Origin: Eledone cirrhosa
Taxonomy: Eukaryota
Length of the DNA: 64,000 nucleotides
Assembly (NCBI GenBank): GCA_964016885.1
Contig: OZ024745.1
Coordinates: forward strand, 76,570,001-76,634,000
Reading direction: 5' to 3'
In this document: positions 40,661-54,485 of the stretch, in pieces
How the letters are laid out: every line of letters begins with the position of its first letter
Numbering within the stretch: position 1 is the first letter of the stretch
The notes under the pieces: model-generated
What the model was told of the DNA's origin: nothing
What the model saw: the letters and a program-made list of their open reading frames with translations, nothing else
Database searches by the model: none
Program-made: the position numbers and the translations under genes

Positions 40661-43600
40661 GATTTCATTTATTTTCCACAAGGGCCGACATATAGGGGAC
40701 AATACAAAAGACTGGGACAGTGGGGTTTTACAGAAAAATCGAGTAAACAATATGAATAAACAAAGTAACAATAACAAAGTGTCAATAAAGTAACAAGAAA
40801 ATTACAAGAAGAAAAAATTCCCCAATAGGGGGGATGAGCACATAGGGTTCGCTCAGGTACCCCACCAATCATGAACGACCCGACGCTTCGAGAGAACCCT
40901 GGAAGGGCACCCCTCTCCTCTTCAAATTTACCTACCTACAGCCGCATGACCAGAGTAGGCCCACTCACACGGGCCATTCTCGCCACATTCACCCACCTTT
41001 CAGCAAATGTACCGGGGGGGGGGGGGGGGGGCAGCACTTTCTCTCCACCCTCACCTTCCTTTCCAAGTGAAACTTGAAAAAGTTGATGAGGGATTGGCCG
41101 AAGAGAAAAGTGTCTGTCTTCAGTCCTTTCAACCTCGTCCACCATACAACTTCTTTCGCTACTGCCACCAGACAGAGGAAAATTGCCTGCCCTTCCTGGC
41201 CAAAAGAAGGCGGCGGGTCGATCTTCACTATGGACTCGGCCGAAAGTCGGATCCGTTCTACTCGCGACAACAGCTGTTCAACATAACTCCACAAGTCAGT
41301 AATGCACGGACACTGGACGAGTGCGTGCAGAACGGTTTCGTCGCTCTGCGCGCATCTCGGGCAGGTCCATCTGACAACACTTCCGTGCCTGTAGAGTTTA
41401 TCTCGAACCGGCAGTGCCCCCCCGGTAGCACTGCGAAGCGAGGGAAATTATCCATCGTCCCCGGCTCGAAAGTCCTCCGGTACAGACTGGTTAGTTCGAC
41501 TTCGTTGACTCCCAGAGCCTCTCCGAGTGCGTCGTCGCACTTGCCCACCACTAATCCTCTATAGAACTCGAGAGTGGAAGTTCCACTGACCGCATTGCCC
41601 GCCTGGTAGAGGGCAGTGAGTGCCTGGCAACATTCCAGATGCCAGTCACCCAGTCTCGGTCTCTTCTTGACCCAGGACTGCAACTCAGTCAAAGAAACGA
41701 GCTGCGGAAAGGCCCGTCTGACAAACGGCGACCACACCTGTTCACCGTTTAGGCAGAATATCTGAGAGATGCCGCAGCCTCAGCGCGTGCCTGCGCATCA
41801 TTAGCCACGGCATGCCCACCCCTCCACGTAGAGGGTTCTGGCAGCAGATGGACCGCCTCACCAGCGGAACCTGACCCCTCCACAAGAATTTGAAGAGGAG
41901 CCGCTCCAAGATGGCGAGGCGCGAACGGGGGCAAGGGACGACCGTCGGACTGCAGTAGATGACGGACGCGATGTACGCGTTCGCCACCTCCGCCCGACCT
42001 TTCAGTGATAGTTTCATCCCAGCCCATTTCTGGGTGAGACTGATTACCCTGCCCGTCACCTCGTCCCAATTCTTATCCACCTGGAGGTCTGGCCCGAATC
42101 AAACCCCTAGCAACTTTACCGGTCCGTCCGTCCAGCGCCTAACGACGCTATTGGACGGCATGGACTTGCCTCTCCAGGTGCCGAGTTGCAAGCCTACTGA
42201 CTTTTCCGGGTTAAGTTTTGCTCCCGTCAACCTTTCATATTCCTCCAATAAGTTGCCGACCACCTCGATTTCTGAGGTGTCCGACACCATCACGGTGATG
42301 TCGTCCGCATAAGCCGACACAGCCTTTCCGCGTCCCGGTTCGAGCGGGATGCCCTGCAACAGCTCCAGCTTCCGCAGTAAAGGCTCGAGCGTCAATACGT
42401 ACTGAAACGGTTCCGAGAGGTGGCCATTAATTTTGACCATCGAGCAGGTGCCGCTGTGCATTGCAGCGATCCAGCTTCTGAAGACGGGGCCGAAGCCAGC
42501 CGCCTTGAGGACAGCCTCCAGGTACCGATGGTCGACCCTATCGAATGCTTTCGATTGATCTAAATTGATCAGAGCCCCACCGAAGCCAGGTTTACACCTT
42601 ACCCTCTCTATGATGTATCGCATTAGGTGGAGGTTGTCGTGTATGAACCTGGTTGGGATTGCGCAAGTTTGCGCCTCCCCAACCAAATCCCCGACGACAA
42701 GCGCCAACCTCTTTGCTAACACCCTGGTCAAAATCTTAAACTCTGTGTTGAGCAGAGTTATGGGCCTGAAATTGTCTAATGTGTCCCTCTTGTTCTCGTC
42801 TTTCCTTATCAGCGTCACTACGCCCCTGCTCACAGAACTGGGAATACTCCCGTTTTGCTGCCAGTTGCAGTAGAGGGCTTCGAGGAGATTGGAGAACAAG
42901 TCTAGCATATTTACGTAAAGCTCGTAGGGCAGACCATCCAAACCGGGTGACTTGCGCCTCATGCAGCCTACAAGGGCATCCTGAATCTCGGTTGAAGTAA
43001 TTGGCCTATCGCAGCGCCCAGCGTCAGCCGTCGAGAGTTGCGGCTAGCCATCGAGGTAGGGACTGAAGTCCGCCACCATCTCTGACCCGCCACTTCCCCC
43101 GAACAACCGAGCAAAATGTTGGCGAAAGGCCTCACACATCCTCTTGGAATCGCTCAGCTCGTGCCCGTCTCGGTCCGTCAAAGACCGAATCGTGGTTTTA
43201 TTACCACGCTGCGCCTCTGCCACGCGGGCCCATCGAACAGCTTTGGTTCCCTCGTTTCTCAGAGCACGCGCCTTAACTCTGACAATGCAACCTTCGTGTT
43301 TCGCATTGAAGAAATGGTCTAATGCCATTCTCGCCGCTAGCATATCAGTTGCAATGCCACTACCAATAGCCTTGTCTAACTTATCTACTAACTCCCCCTC
43401 CTTTCTATTTTTCTCTAATGCTACTTCTTTGCTAAACTCTATCGACATTACTCTAATCTCTCTTTTGAGAGCCCCCCACCATCTATTGTTGACGACTCCC
43501 CCTGTCAACTTTTTCTTAACTAAATTGTTGACGTGGTCCCTGTAAGCCTTACGTGCCGGAAATGACATGTTTAGCTTCCAGTAACCCGGTCCTAACCTAC

Positions 43601-44307
43601 GCGTCTTATCTAGGTCGACCATACAGATCACAAACTTGTGATCTGAATAGGCGACCGTTTCAAAACGTGGACAGCTTACACTAATTTCTGTCTATTTTCC
43701 TAATGAATATCCTGTCTATATACGATCTAGATGACCCTATGCGGTTAGCCCAGGTCCACACTTGCGCATTAGGGAAATCTAGTCGGTACCTGTCAGACAG
43801 TTGGAACTGGCTGATCAGGTTCTTGAGGCTTTTGCACCCCCCGCTCCTATCGGATACTCCCACACAGTCCCAGCGTGCGTCTAAGAGGCCGTTCCAGTCC
43901 CCCGCTAACAGTAAAGGGCGAGACGTACCCAGAAAGGCTTCCAGGCGTCTAAAGAAGTTCGGCTGTCCTGCCCCAGTAGGAGCATAGACGGCCACCAGTC
44001 TAAAGGCACCACCTTCATTATTGTTCACGTCCAGGACCACCAACTTCCCGTCCGGGTCCCGGAAGATCGACCTTACCTCGAGATCCAGGCCTTTCCTAAA
44101 CAGCACTGCCACCCCGCCTCCCATTCCCGGCCGGCTAACAAATGCAAAGATCTGATAGTCGTCGAAAATGGGGGCTAGTGCGCGCGTGTCGGAAATCCTG
44201 GTCTCGCTGACTGCAATTACATCCATTTCTATAGACCTGAAGTCGTTGAGCAGGTGACCCTGCTTCCAGGACGATCCCAGGCCTCGAACATTTAAACATC
44301 CTACTCT
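40661..44307 (-). mobile_element. Tx1/L1-clade LINE, ORF2 plus 3' UTR, second subfamily
   Basis: Begins RVGCLNVRGLG. APE motifs SET, VYAP, GDWN and YIDRIF; RT KAFDRVDH and AYADD (the QGCPLSP region is deleted near 42400); C-terminal CPRC..ETVLH..C. Ends with AATAAA then (ATT)n. Confidence 0.92.
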
Positions 44308-44598
44308 ACCAGTGGTTGTAGGCGCTCTAGGAATGATACCTAAGGGGTCTAATGATTACTTATCGCAAATCCCAGGAAACCCGCGTATAGGAGAAATACA
44401 AAAGATAGTACTAATGGGAACTGCCCATATACTAAGGAAGATTTTGTCAATATAAGTACATCACAAGTCTAAACACCTAAAGATGCACGTGTGAGTATGT
44501 ATGTTCTTTCTTGAACATGGCGGACCTTGTTGTCTCTTGAGGTCACTGGTTGTGACTTGGTGATAACTCGTATGAACATAAAGCAAGATAAATGCAAC

Positions 44599-44599
<1 letters not shown>
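44308..44599 (+). mobile_element. Dong/R4 family B 3' fragment
   Basis: About 8 differences from 40350-40640; followed by (TAA)n. Confidence 0.92.
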
Positions 44600-44661
<62 letters not shown>

Positions 44662-45257
44662 GGGAAGATACGCACATGGCGGATAGAGTGTTATGGACTC
44701 ACTCCCGTAAGTTTTTGATTTTTTACATATTTAAAACAATTGTGATAGAATAATTCTTATTACAAATAGAACATAAGATACCAGTCATCACTCTCAGGAA
44801 GTGACAACGCATCACATTATGGCATAGGGCTCCAATATTTAATATTTCATTTTGTATCAGAAATTTTATAGAAAAAAAAGAAAATGGTTACAAACAACAG
44901 CCAAATAAATTCACCACCAACATCACCACCGCCGCCGCCACCATCAATACTACCACAAAAAATTTAGCCAAATACAAACCAACGGCTGCAGCAACACCAT
45001 CACTATAGTACTACCATCGCATCACCACCGCCACCACTGCATCATCGCTACCACCACTATTCCCTTACTATCTTCTGTTAAGAGAGGGATGGTAGTAGTG
45101 CCACTACACATGACTAGAAGCGAGGAAGGTATCAAAAGATATGAATAGACTGGTTAGTGACCTGGTCAAACAGCTAACAACAACACCATGTATCTCTAAA
45201 CTCCCTCAAAATGTTTAGTTTAAATTATGTCAAATCTAAACTATAATATAATAATAA

Positions 45258-45585
45258 TAATTGTTTCTACTTTTGGCATAAGGCCAGCAATTACTCAGTA
45301 CATTACTGGTACTTTATTTTATAGACCCTGTAAGGATGAAAGGCAAAGTTAACCTTGGCGGGATTTGAACTCAGAATGGCAAGGGTCGTAACTCTATGAG
45401 TCAAAGCATGGCGTTCGACCCTCTACCGATACTGCCAATCCACTGCCCTTAATATAATAATAATAATTGTTTCTACTTTAGGCACAAGGCCAGCAAATTA
45501 CCCAGTGCATTACTGGTACTTTATTTTATCGACCCCGTAAGGATGAAAGGCAAAGTCAACCTCGGCGGGATTTGAACTCAGATCA
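45258..45585 (-). mobile_element. Two tandem Nin-domain SINEs in TAA-rich tracts
   Basis: Full copy at about 45258-45449 and truncated copy at about 45465-45583. Both are absent from the paralogous spacer at 28062. Confidence 0.88.
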
Positions 45586-45949
45586 TAAATATAATAATAA
45601 TAATGATAAGCAACAAGTCGAAAAAATTATAGAACAGAACACAGACAAAAACAAATGCAACAACAAAAACAAATTTCAAAAGTTTTGAACGCAACAACCC
45701 CTACTTCCCTCGTAGCTAAAATCGTAAACAGCAGCAGCAGCAACAACAGCACTAGTAACCGATATTACTGGCCTTGAAAAACGAAAAATGTAAAGGAAAA
45801 AAACAAACAAAAAAACTAAGTCAGACATTCAAACATTACAATGAAACTTATATCTATTTAAAACAGTTTTTATCTATTTATTTGTTTATTTATTTATGTT
45901 CGTCTACAGCGTGATGGTGCCACGCTAAAATCACTGGGGGTGATGAAAT

Positions 45950-48900
45950 CACACATTCACCAATCCTCGATATGAGTGTTTAAATGTCGAACCTAAACAG
46001 TTCGAATAACGGTGAAGAGGAGAGTGGAACGTCATTTGACAGACTCTCACCCAGCAAGTGCTCCCTGGCCCAGCAGCTGAGACCTGGCTGTCATCCAAAT
46101 ACTGCTGGTGTTGGAGGAAGAAGAAGAAGGAAAGGGACAAGAACCAACTGGACGAAAGAATAGAATAGAACTGTTATGCAATGTTACCTGAAGAGTAACC
46201 CCAAGGAAAAAGGCTATAGGAAACGGATGCATAACATCTGGAACGAGATTGGTCTATTTAAATTAGATGAACAAAAATTGGTTGGGCAGGCACGGGTGAT
46301 AAGAAATAATGGATGGATATTCGAGTTGGAACTGGAGGAACTGAGCAGAGAGATTAGGTTGGAAATGGAGAGTGGAGTATATCAGGCAAACGAGCCAGTA
46401 GGAAATGAAGGTTAAGAGGTTGAGAGAACGAAGGAAGCATCTGAAGCAGACAATGATCTGAATGCTGAAATAAATAACATCTGGAACAAAGATACGGCCA
46501 TTGAGGAAATGAATGCTGACGGGCTAGGACAAGATTTGGTTGATATCCTGAACTTAGTGGTAGATGAAATGAACAATGATAGTGGGAAACCTATGAACCT
46601 GAGATTTGTAGACAGGAAAAAGTTAAAAGAAACAACAGCTAAGGTAAACAAAATCATCCCATACCTTGAGGAGGGGAACCTTCACAAATGCAACAATATC
46701 CTCAAAGCAACAGCAAATGCGGCGAGGAAATTACTTTGCATAAAAACGAGAGGAAACAACAAACAAGAAAGATCAGAACCTTGGTGGAAGAAACGATGAA
46801 TAGTCAAATCAAGGAAATGAGAAATGACATTGGAAAGCTTGTGTCCCTACTGAATGGGACACTACAAAACACAGACACTAAAAATAGACTGGAAATAAAG
46901 TACAAAACTAGGAGGAAAAAGCTAAATATTATCATAGAGGAACTGAAGCAACAACGCATTGTAGCAAAAAGTGCAAAGATTAGGCGATATGAGAGCAGAG
47001 TCATTCAGTATAGACAGACCGCATGTTTGACAACAACCAGAAGATGCTGTTTGGACAGCTTGAAGGGAAAGAAAGAGGCAACGACTTGATCTCTGAGGCG
47101 GAACAGACTAAGACCTTCTGGAGATGAATATGGGAGCAGGATGTTGAACATAATGATCAGGCAGTGTGGATTGAGACAGTACAAAAGGTGATTAGTGAAC
47201 AAGCACACCAACAAACTGATTTGAGTATCACAGTTGAAACTCTTAAAGGGCAAGCCAAAAAACTAACCAATTGGAAATCACCAGGCCCAGATGGTGTGCA
47301 GGGGTATTGGATTAAAAATATAACACCCCTCCACTCGAAACTGACAACCATATTCAATGACTGCTTGATGTCGGGTGAGGTACCAGAGTGGTTCACAAAA
47401 GGTACCACAGTTCTGGTAATGAAAGACCGAATCAAGGGTAATGATGTTACCAACTATAGACCTATCACATGTCTGTCCGTAATGTGGAAACTGTTAACAA
47501 GCATTGTGTCTGAAGAAATCTACCATCACCTCCACACAAACAACTTCTTACCGGACGAACAGAAAGCATGCCGAAAGAAGTCCCGTGGTAAAAAGACTAG
47601 CTACTTATTGATAAGATGGTAATGAGGAATTGCAAGAGGAGACACACTGGTCTTGCCATGGGATGGATAGACTACGAAAGGCATTTTACATGGTACCTCA
47701 TTCTTTGATAACCAAAAGCCTAGAGATCTTCAAGGTGGCGGATAACATCAGACAGTTGTTGAGCAAAAGTATGAAGTCCTGGGAAACAGAGTTAACATCG
47801 GGTGGAGAATCATTGAGAGGCGTGAAGATCAAGAGAGGTATCTTCCAGGTAGGTAGTTTGTCCCCTCTGTTGTTTGTCCTTGGCCTGATACCCCTGATAC
47901 CCATTATACTGCGAAAAGTGAGAGCAGGATACAAGTTGGGAAAAGGAGAGGTTACCATCAACCACCTCCTCTTCATGGACGATCTTAAACTCTCTGGGAA
48001 GAGTGAGAAGGAGTTGGATGTACTTGTTGACACTGTCCGTATTTTCAGCAATGATATATGTATGGAATTTGGTATTAATAAGTGTGGAGTCCTAGTGATG
48101 AAGAGAGGTAAATTGAGCAGAAGCAACGGAATCCAGGTACCAACAGGTAAGATGATAAAGGAAATTGACACTGAAGAAGGATACGAACATTTAGGTGTTC
48201 TGGAGGAAGATGACATCAAGAACAAAAAAAAATGAAGGAATTGATAAGATCTGAGTACTTTAGGAGAGTAAGGAGCGTATTAAAATCACATCTAAACAGT
48301 AGGAATGCCATAAGTGCAGTGAATTCCCGAGCTGTGTCTATTATTTAGTACAGTGCGGGAATTCTGAAATGGAATGTTGCTGAACAAAAATAAATGGATA
48401 GGAAGACTAGGAAGATATTGACTATCTACATGTTCCACAAGAGGAGTGATGTCGATAGACTCTACTTAAAGAGATCTGAAGGTGGAAGAGGTCTTATCAG
48501 CATAGAGGACTGTGTTCAGATGGAGAAAAACAACCTGCACAAATACGTGACTGACAGTAGGGAGCCAATGCTCAGAATTGTACTGAAGGAGAGTACAATA
48601 GACCAGGGGATGTCCAAGGCGGAAATAACAACAAAGAGGAAGAGCAACCTTCATGAAATATCCCTTCATAGTACCTTCTTTGAGAAAACTGAATTCAGAG
48701 ATCCACAGACATGGAACTGGTTGAAAAGAGGAGACCTTAAAAAGGCTACAGAAGGAATGCTAATGGATGTGCAAGAGCAGGCCCTCAAAACGAAGTGGTT
48801 GAAACACCATATTTACAATGAGGAGGCTAGCCCACTGTGCAGGATCTGTGGAGAGAGAGATGAGACTGTGGCTCACATTGTATCCGAGTGTAAACACCTA

Positions 48901-49487
48901 GCCCAGACTCACTATAAAGGCTGGAGACATGATGTGATGGGCAGGGTGATCCACTGGCACCTATGCAAAGTAAACAATTTACCACATTCTGAGAAGTGGT
49001 ATGAGTATAAGCCAGAGTCGGTGATAGAAAACGATCAGGTGAAGGTGCTGTGGGATTTTAGGATACAGACGGACAAGAAACTGGAACACAATAGACCTGA
49101 CCTGGTGGTTTTGGACTAGGAAAACAGATCGTGCCTGATTGTGGATGTGGCCTGCCCATTCGACACGAGAGTGCAAGAGAAGGAGAGGGAGAAAATTAAC
49201 CGATACCAGGACTTAAAGTGGGAGGTAAAAAGGATTTGGAACTGCCATGAAATCAAAGTGGTCCCGATTGTCATAGGCGCACTAGGTACTATCTCAAAAA
49301 GTTTCCAGGGATGGTTAAAGAAAACTGGCCCTACCACGCTTTTTGGAACGCTTCAAAAGGCATGCTTGCTGGGAACAACAAGAACCCTCCGATACGTCCT
49401 GAATATCTGAGGCTGCAGGTAGTGGCTTGATATTCATTTCAACAAACTTTCCAGTTAACTAACATCAATGACTGAGACTCAAAGAAC
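45950..49487 (+). mobile_element. Dong/R4 family A copy 3, near full length, pseudogenised
   Basis: Likely start ATG at 45984 (MSNLNSSNNG). Colinear with copy 1, with stops and frameshifts. Tail is (TAA)n(GAT)n(GAA)n. Confidence 0.93.
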
Positions 49488-49552
<65 letters not shown>

Positions 49553-49611
49553 GAAGAAGAAGAAGAAGAAGAAGAAGAAGAAGAAGAAGAAGAAGAAGAA
49601 GAATCCCGGAA

Positions 49612-50385
49612 GGATGGAGGGCAAATTTATTTGGCTCGACACGATTAGAAACAAAAACGTAAAGGACCGGAACAAATAGCACGTGGCATTTTACCCAACA
49701 CTCTAACTTTCCTGTCAATCCAACATCCACTCATAACAACAAGAATGGTCTCTGATTTAGGCACAAGGCCAGCAATTTTAGAAGCGGGGAAAGTCGATAA
49801 AATCGACCTCAGTGCGTTACTGGTACTTATTTTATCGTCACCGTAAGGATGGAAGGCAAAGGTAACCTCGGCACGATTTAAACTCAGAATGTAAAGGGAT
49901 GTAACTATATGCCGCAAAGTATGTTGTCTGACGCTCTACCAATACTGCCAATCCACTCATAACAGCAATAATTGTTTCTACTTTTGGCACAAGGCCAGCA
50001 ATTATTCCAGTACATTACTGGTACTTTATTTTATCGACCCCGTAAGGATGAAAGGCAAAGTGAACCTCGGCGGGATTTGAACTCAGACTATAAAGGGCCA
50101 TAACTCTATGCTACAAAGCATGGTGTTCGACTCTCTACTGATACTGCCAATCCCCCATAGCAATAATAATGGTTTCTTATATAGGCACAAGGCCGGCATT
50201 TTTGGGGGAGGGGGAAATCGATTAAATCGACCCCAGGTGACTGGTACTTTATTTTATCGACCCTGTAAGGATGAAAGGCAAAGTAAACTTCGGCGGGATT
50301 TGAACTTAGATCATAAAGGACCGTAACTCTATGCTGCAAAGTATGTCGTCCGACGCTCTACCGATACTGCCAATCCACTCATAAC
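49612..50385 (-). mobile_element. Head-to-tail array of four Nin-domain SINEs
   Basis: Units at about 49612-49732 (degraded), 49745-49958, 49968-50156 and 50168-50380, joined by CATA(A/G)CA..AATAAT linkers. Confidence 0.85.
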
Positions 50386-50527
50386 AGCAATAATAATAAC
50401 AATACTAACCTGTCTCTTGCATGATAATAACAAATTATCATTAAAACCAGATTGTATATTCCATGATTATAATAAAGAATCAATGACCCTAGTTCAATAG
50501 ATTGAAGTTTTCCCTGGGGAAGTAACG

Positions 50528-50536
50528 TTAGTAATA

Positions 50537-50591
<55 letters not shown>

Positions 50592-50616
50592 GCTCCTGCT
50601 GCTGCTGCTGTTGCTG

Positions 50617-50674
<58 letters not shown>

Positions 50675-50800
50675 CACGACCACATCACCACCATCACCAC
50701 CACCTACAACAAAAACAACACAACCACCACCACCACCACCACCACCACCACCACCAACAACAACAACAGTAATATCAATAACGGCAGCCACAGCAATAAC
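50528..50800. repeat. (CTA)n/(CCA)n/(CAA)n array
   Basis: Read directly from the sequence. Confidence 0.95.
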
Positions 50801-52230
50801 AAATTACTGAAGCAATATGTATATTTGCATATGTTTAGACTCCAAACATATGCAAATATGCATATTGCTAGAGAAACTGAAGTAGAATTAAAGCGGACAC
50901 AAGCATAGCTGAGTGATTAATAAGTTCATTATGCAATTATAAGGACTCATGTATGATTCCACTGCATGGCGTTTTGAGTAAGTATCTTTACTATAGCTAT
51001 GAAGCGACTCAAAACTTGTGAACGAAATTGGGTAGAAGGAAATTTTGAGGAAGACCGTCGGTGGGATTCTATCTATAATTGAAAGCTTCAGCCTGGTCAC
51101 ATATTGTGCCACATTGGCTCGGGAATTACTTTAAAAGTATGAGTCTCTAGAACATTCAACCACTTACACGTTAATTCATAGGTTTATGAGTTTATCGAAC
51201 AATGGAAGTTCATCGTTGAAAGCGACTGATGATCCATGTATAAAACAATTATTTTATCTCCTAATGTATTGAGTAACTTATTGTACACAAAGGAACCAAA
51301 CTCCCACTGTCACTGCCTCCGTCTCTCTGCTCTCCCCATCTCTCATCGGCGGACAGAATAGAGAAGGCGTTTCCGTTTTCTATTTTAGTCTCTGGAAATC
51401 TGTTTGCATATTTGTGTGTTTCAGTGAATATTTGCGGATATGGGTGCGTATTTATTTCCCGCTCTCATATAACACGCACACACGCACGCACACAATCACA
51501 CACATTCACATACTTATGAATACATATATGAAGTGACAATCAAATGTTGTTTAGCGCTAATTCAGTCAGGATTAATTAAATATGATCATAGGCATGTCTT
51601 CCTTCACATTTCTCTCTTCCTATGCATATGTAAGATTACATTATCTAATGTGTTGTTTTGGATGTGATTTGAGGTAGCCTGATTGCTATTTTGAGGCGAC
51701 AAATTGTAAGAGTCGTTAGAACGTCGAATAGAATGCTTTGCGGTATTCGTTCCGACGCTACGCTCTGATGAATTCAAATCCCGCCAAAATCAAATTTGTC
51801 TTTCATCCTGGTTAGTACTGGGATCGATTCTTCCTCTATACCTCTTTCCCACTTCCTCTGTGACACTTTTCTTTTACTTCCTTTATATATTTCTTCCTTC
51901 CTCTTTATCTCTTCATCGGAGGCAATAAGCTGTGTTCAGATCTGGAGAATGACGGGCTCCACTAAGATTAAAATGCTCGAGAAAGGCCATATTTCACCAG
52001 GAGTCACAGTTTCATACATGCATTGCTATGCCTACTATTTCTAGCAAATCGAATGACCTGACCATTTAGAAACTTCCTAGTTGATGATCCGTGGTTATCA
52101 GGAGAAGTAAATTTTCATGTTTATGAAAAATTCCAGCTTTATATTTAACTCTAAACTACAAAATTAAATGCGTTTGCTCATTCAATAAGGTCATTACAAT
52201 AACAGCAACAGCAATCATATCATTACCACT

Positions 52231-52275
<45 letters not shown>

Positions 52276-52495
52276 AATATACAGAGTGTACCCCCAAAAT
52301 GTAGAAACCTCAGAAAATAACTGTTACCAGAGTCGTTTGCTATAAATAATAGCTTAGCAAACTAATCCAGTAAAGTACCCATATCGACGGAGAAAAAAGT
52401 GACGAGCAGCCCCTTCGAACTTCGTGTATCTCTTACCCTCTATAAATGAACTTTACTCAATTTTCTATGCTAATATTTATATTTATTGATTGTGG

Positions 52496-52547
<52 letters not shown>

Positions 52548-52979
52548 GCTGTTGTTTAGTTTCAGGCAAGACCTATGGCCATTCTTTCCATAACCATCCT
52601 TGCTTTTCCCAGTGCACATTGCATGCAGGATCACATAATCCAATAAGGTTTTCTTTGCACCGATGGCAGGGTGTGATCCGATGAAGATTCGGCTGTTATT
52701 TCTGGTAGATGGAGCGACAATGTAGAGGTTGTCTTACCTCGTAAGCAAGGTATGTGGATAGAATTAGTTTGTTGCGCCTTTGATTCAAAATTAATGTTTA
52801 CAAATGTTCAGGCTTATTTGCAAATCGGTTTATATTGATGGTTTATATTGATAATCTAGATATAATCTAAGACAGTTACTGACAAGTTTTACTTTACAAG
52901 ACGAGCATTTTTGAAACAAAGTGTCAATGTAACACATACATGTATACCTAATTTTGAATATAGGATGATGTAAATATAG

Positions 52980-53069
52980 TCTGGTTTAAACGGTAACACG
53001 CTTGCCTCAGTGAAGTCACAGTACTACCTCCATGTTGAAAACGCGAACCACCTATCTCCTGTTGACGGG
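52980..53069 (+). CDS. Candidate host exon, product unknown (SGLNGNTLASVKSQYYLHVENANHLSPVDG)
   Basis: AG before, GTAAGC after, 90 nt open in phase 0, non-repetitive. The acceptor is weak and I recognise no homology. Confidence 0.25.
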
Positions 53070-53100
53070 GTAAGCTTGCTACCGGTTAGTATTATATTTA

Positions 53101-53479
53101 GGTGGATTGGCAGTATCAGTAGAGAGTCGGACGCCATGCTTTCCAGCATAGTTACGCCCCTTTACGGTCTGAGTTCAAATCCCGCCGAGGTTAACTTTGC
53201 CTTTCATCCTTACGGGGTCGATAAAATAAAGTACCAGTAATGTACTGCGTAATTGCTGGCCTTGTGCCAAAAGTAGAAACAATTATTTTTAGGTGGATTG
53301 GCAGTATCAGTAGAGAGTCGGACGCCATGCTTTCCAGCATAGTTACGTCCCTTTACGGTCTGAGTTCAAATCCCGCCGAGGTTAACTTTGCCTTTCATCC
53401 TTACCGGGTCGATAAAATAAAGTACCAGTAACGTACTGGGTAATTGCTGGCCTTGTGCTAAAAGTAGAAACAATTATTT
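53101..53479 (+). mobile_element. Near-identical tandem dimer of the Nin-domain SINE
   Basis: Units start at 53101 and 53292 (191-bp period). Confidence 0.9.
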
Positions 53480-54074
53480 TTACTAACTTGCCTCTGTTCA
53501 GCTCATGACTACTGCTGGAATCATATATTTTGTAATACATTTGAATGGATAATACTAACCTTAAGCTAGTAGTACTAGTTCTCATGCAATGCTAGCAACA
53601 CTCGATTTGTCTCTATCCTTCGAAGCATGAACAACCAAATTGCTAAAAATAATATTTCTTCGGACATAGCATGTCTCACACAATTAACAATAAGAGTCAA
53701 CATACAAAGATTTATGTTCATTTATTATTAGTTAAAGAAAGGCAGTATTTCATTAAATCCGTTCATATATTCCAAGATGTCGAAATAAGTTTCTATCCAA
53801 AAGATAAATCTAAGATCAAAATCGTTTTAGTTTATATCTGCATTGGCTTCAATCCCTACATAAACGCAATCTATGCATCCAATAGAGTCAACGTGATGTC
53901 AAAACGATTAAGCAGGTCTTATTTAAAATACATCTGAGTTAAGAAAAGGTATAAATACATTAAGAAATAGATTATGATGAACGACAAAAAGAAAGAATAA
54001 AAGAATAGCGATAAATGAGATTAAAACATGAATAAACAAAAAAAAAAAAGATACAGTGGCATATATATATATAT

Positions 54075-54196
<122 letters not shown>

Positions 54197-54485
54197 GTGA
54201 GTGATTAATAATAATATCATCATAATATTATTAATATTCGGTTTGTTTGCTAGAAAACAGCCTCATGAACGTGTTAGATGATCAATGTTATCCTTTTGTT
54301 CCAGCGGTAGCTGAGAGAAAACAATCGACAAAATTCAAAATAAATAAGTTTAATTTGAAAGTTTTTTTAAAAAATAAGTAAAAAAACAATATGTAAATTA
54401 ATTATGAAAACAGGAGGCATATAGTAAATACAAACAGTTTTTAAACAGGGGATATACTTATTCGCCGTAGAAAGGTACGGTAAAA

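Noticed and set aside
50890-51400. Non-repetitive stretch with splice-like signals and protein-like frames
   Set aside because: Stops occur in the candidate frames and I could not build a consistent exon chain.
51765-51790. CTGATGA as a hammerhead core
   Set aside because: It lies in the B-box region of a degraded SINE and has no stem II or GAAA partner.
53101-53479. CRISPR-like or tRNA-gene reading of the repeated 190-bp units
   Set aside because: There is no repeat-spacer structure and no cloverleaf. The units are dispersed pol III SINEs.
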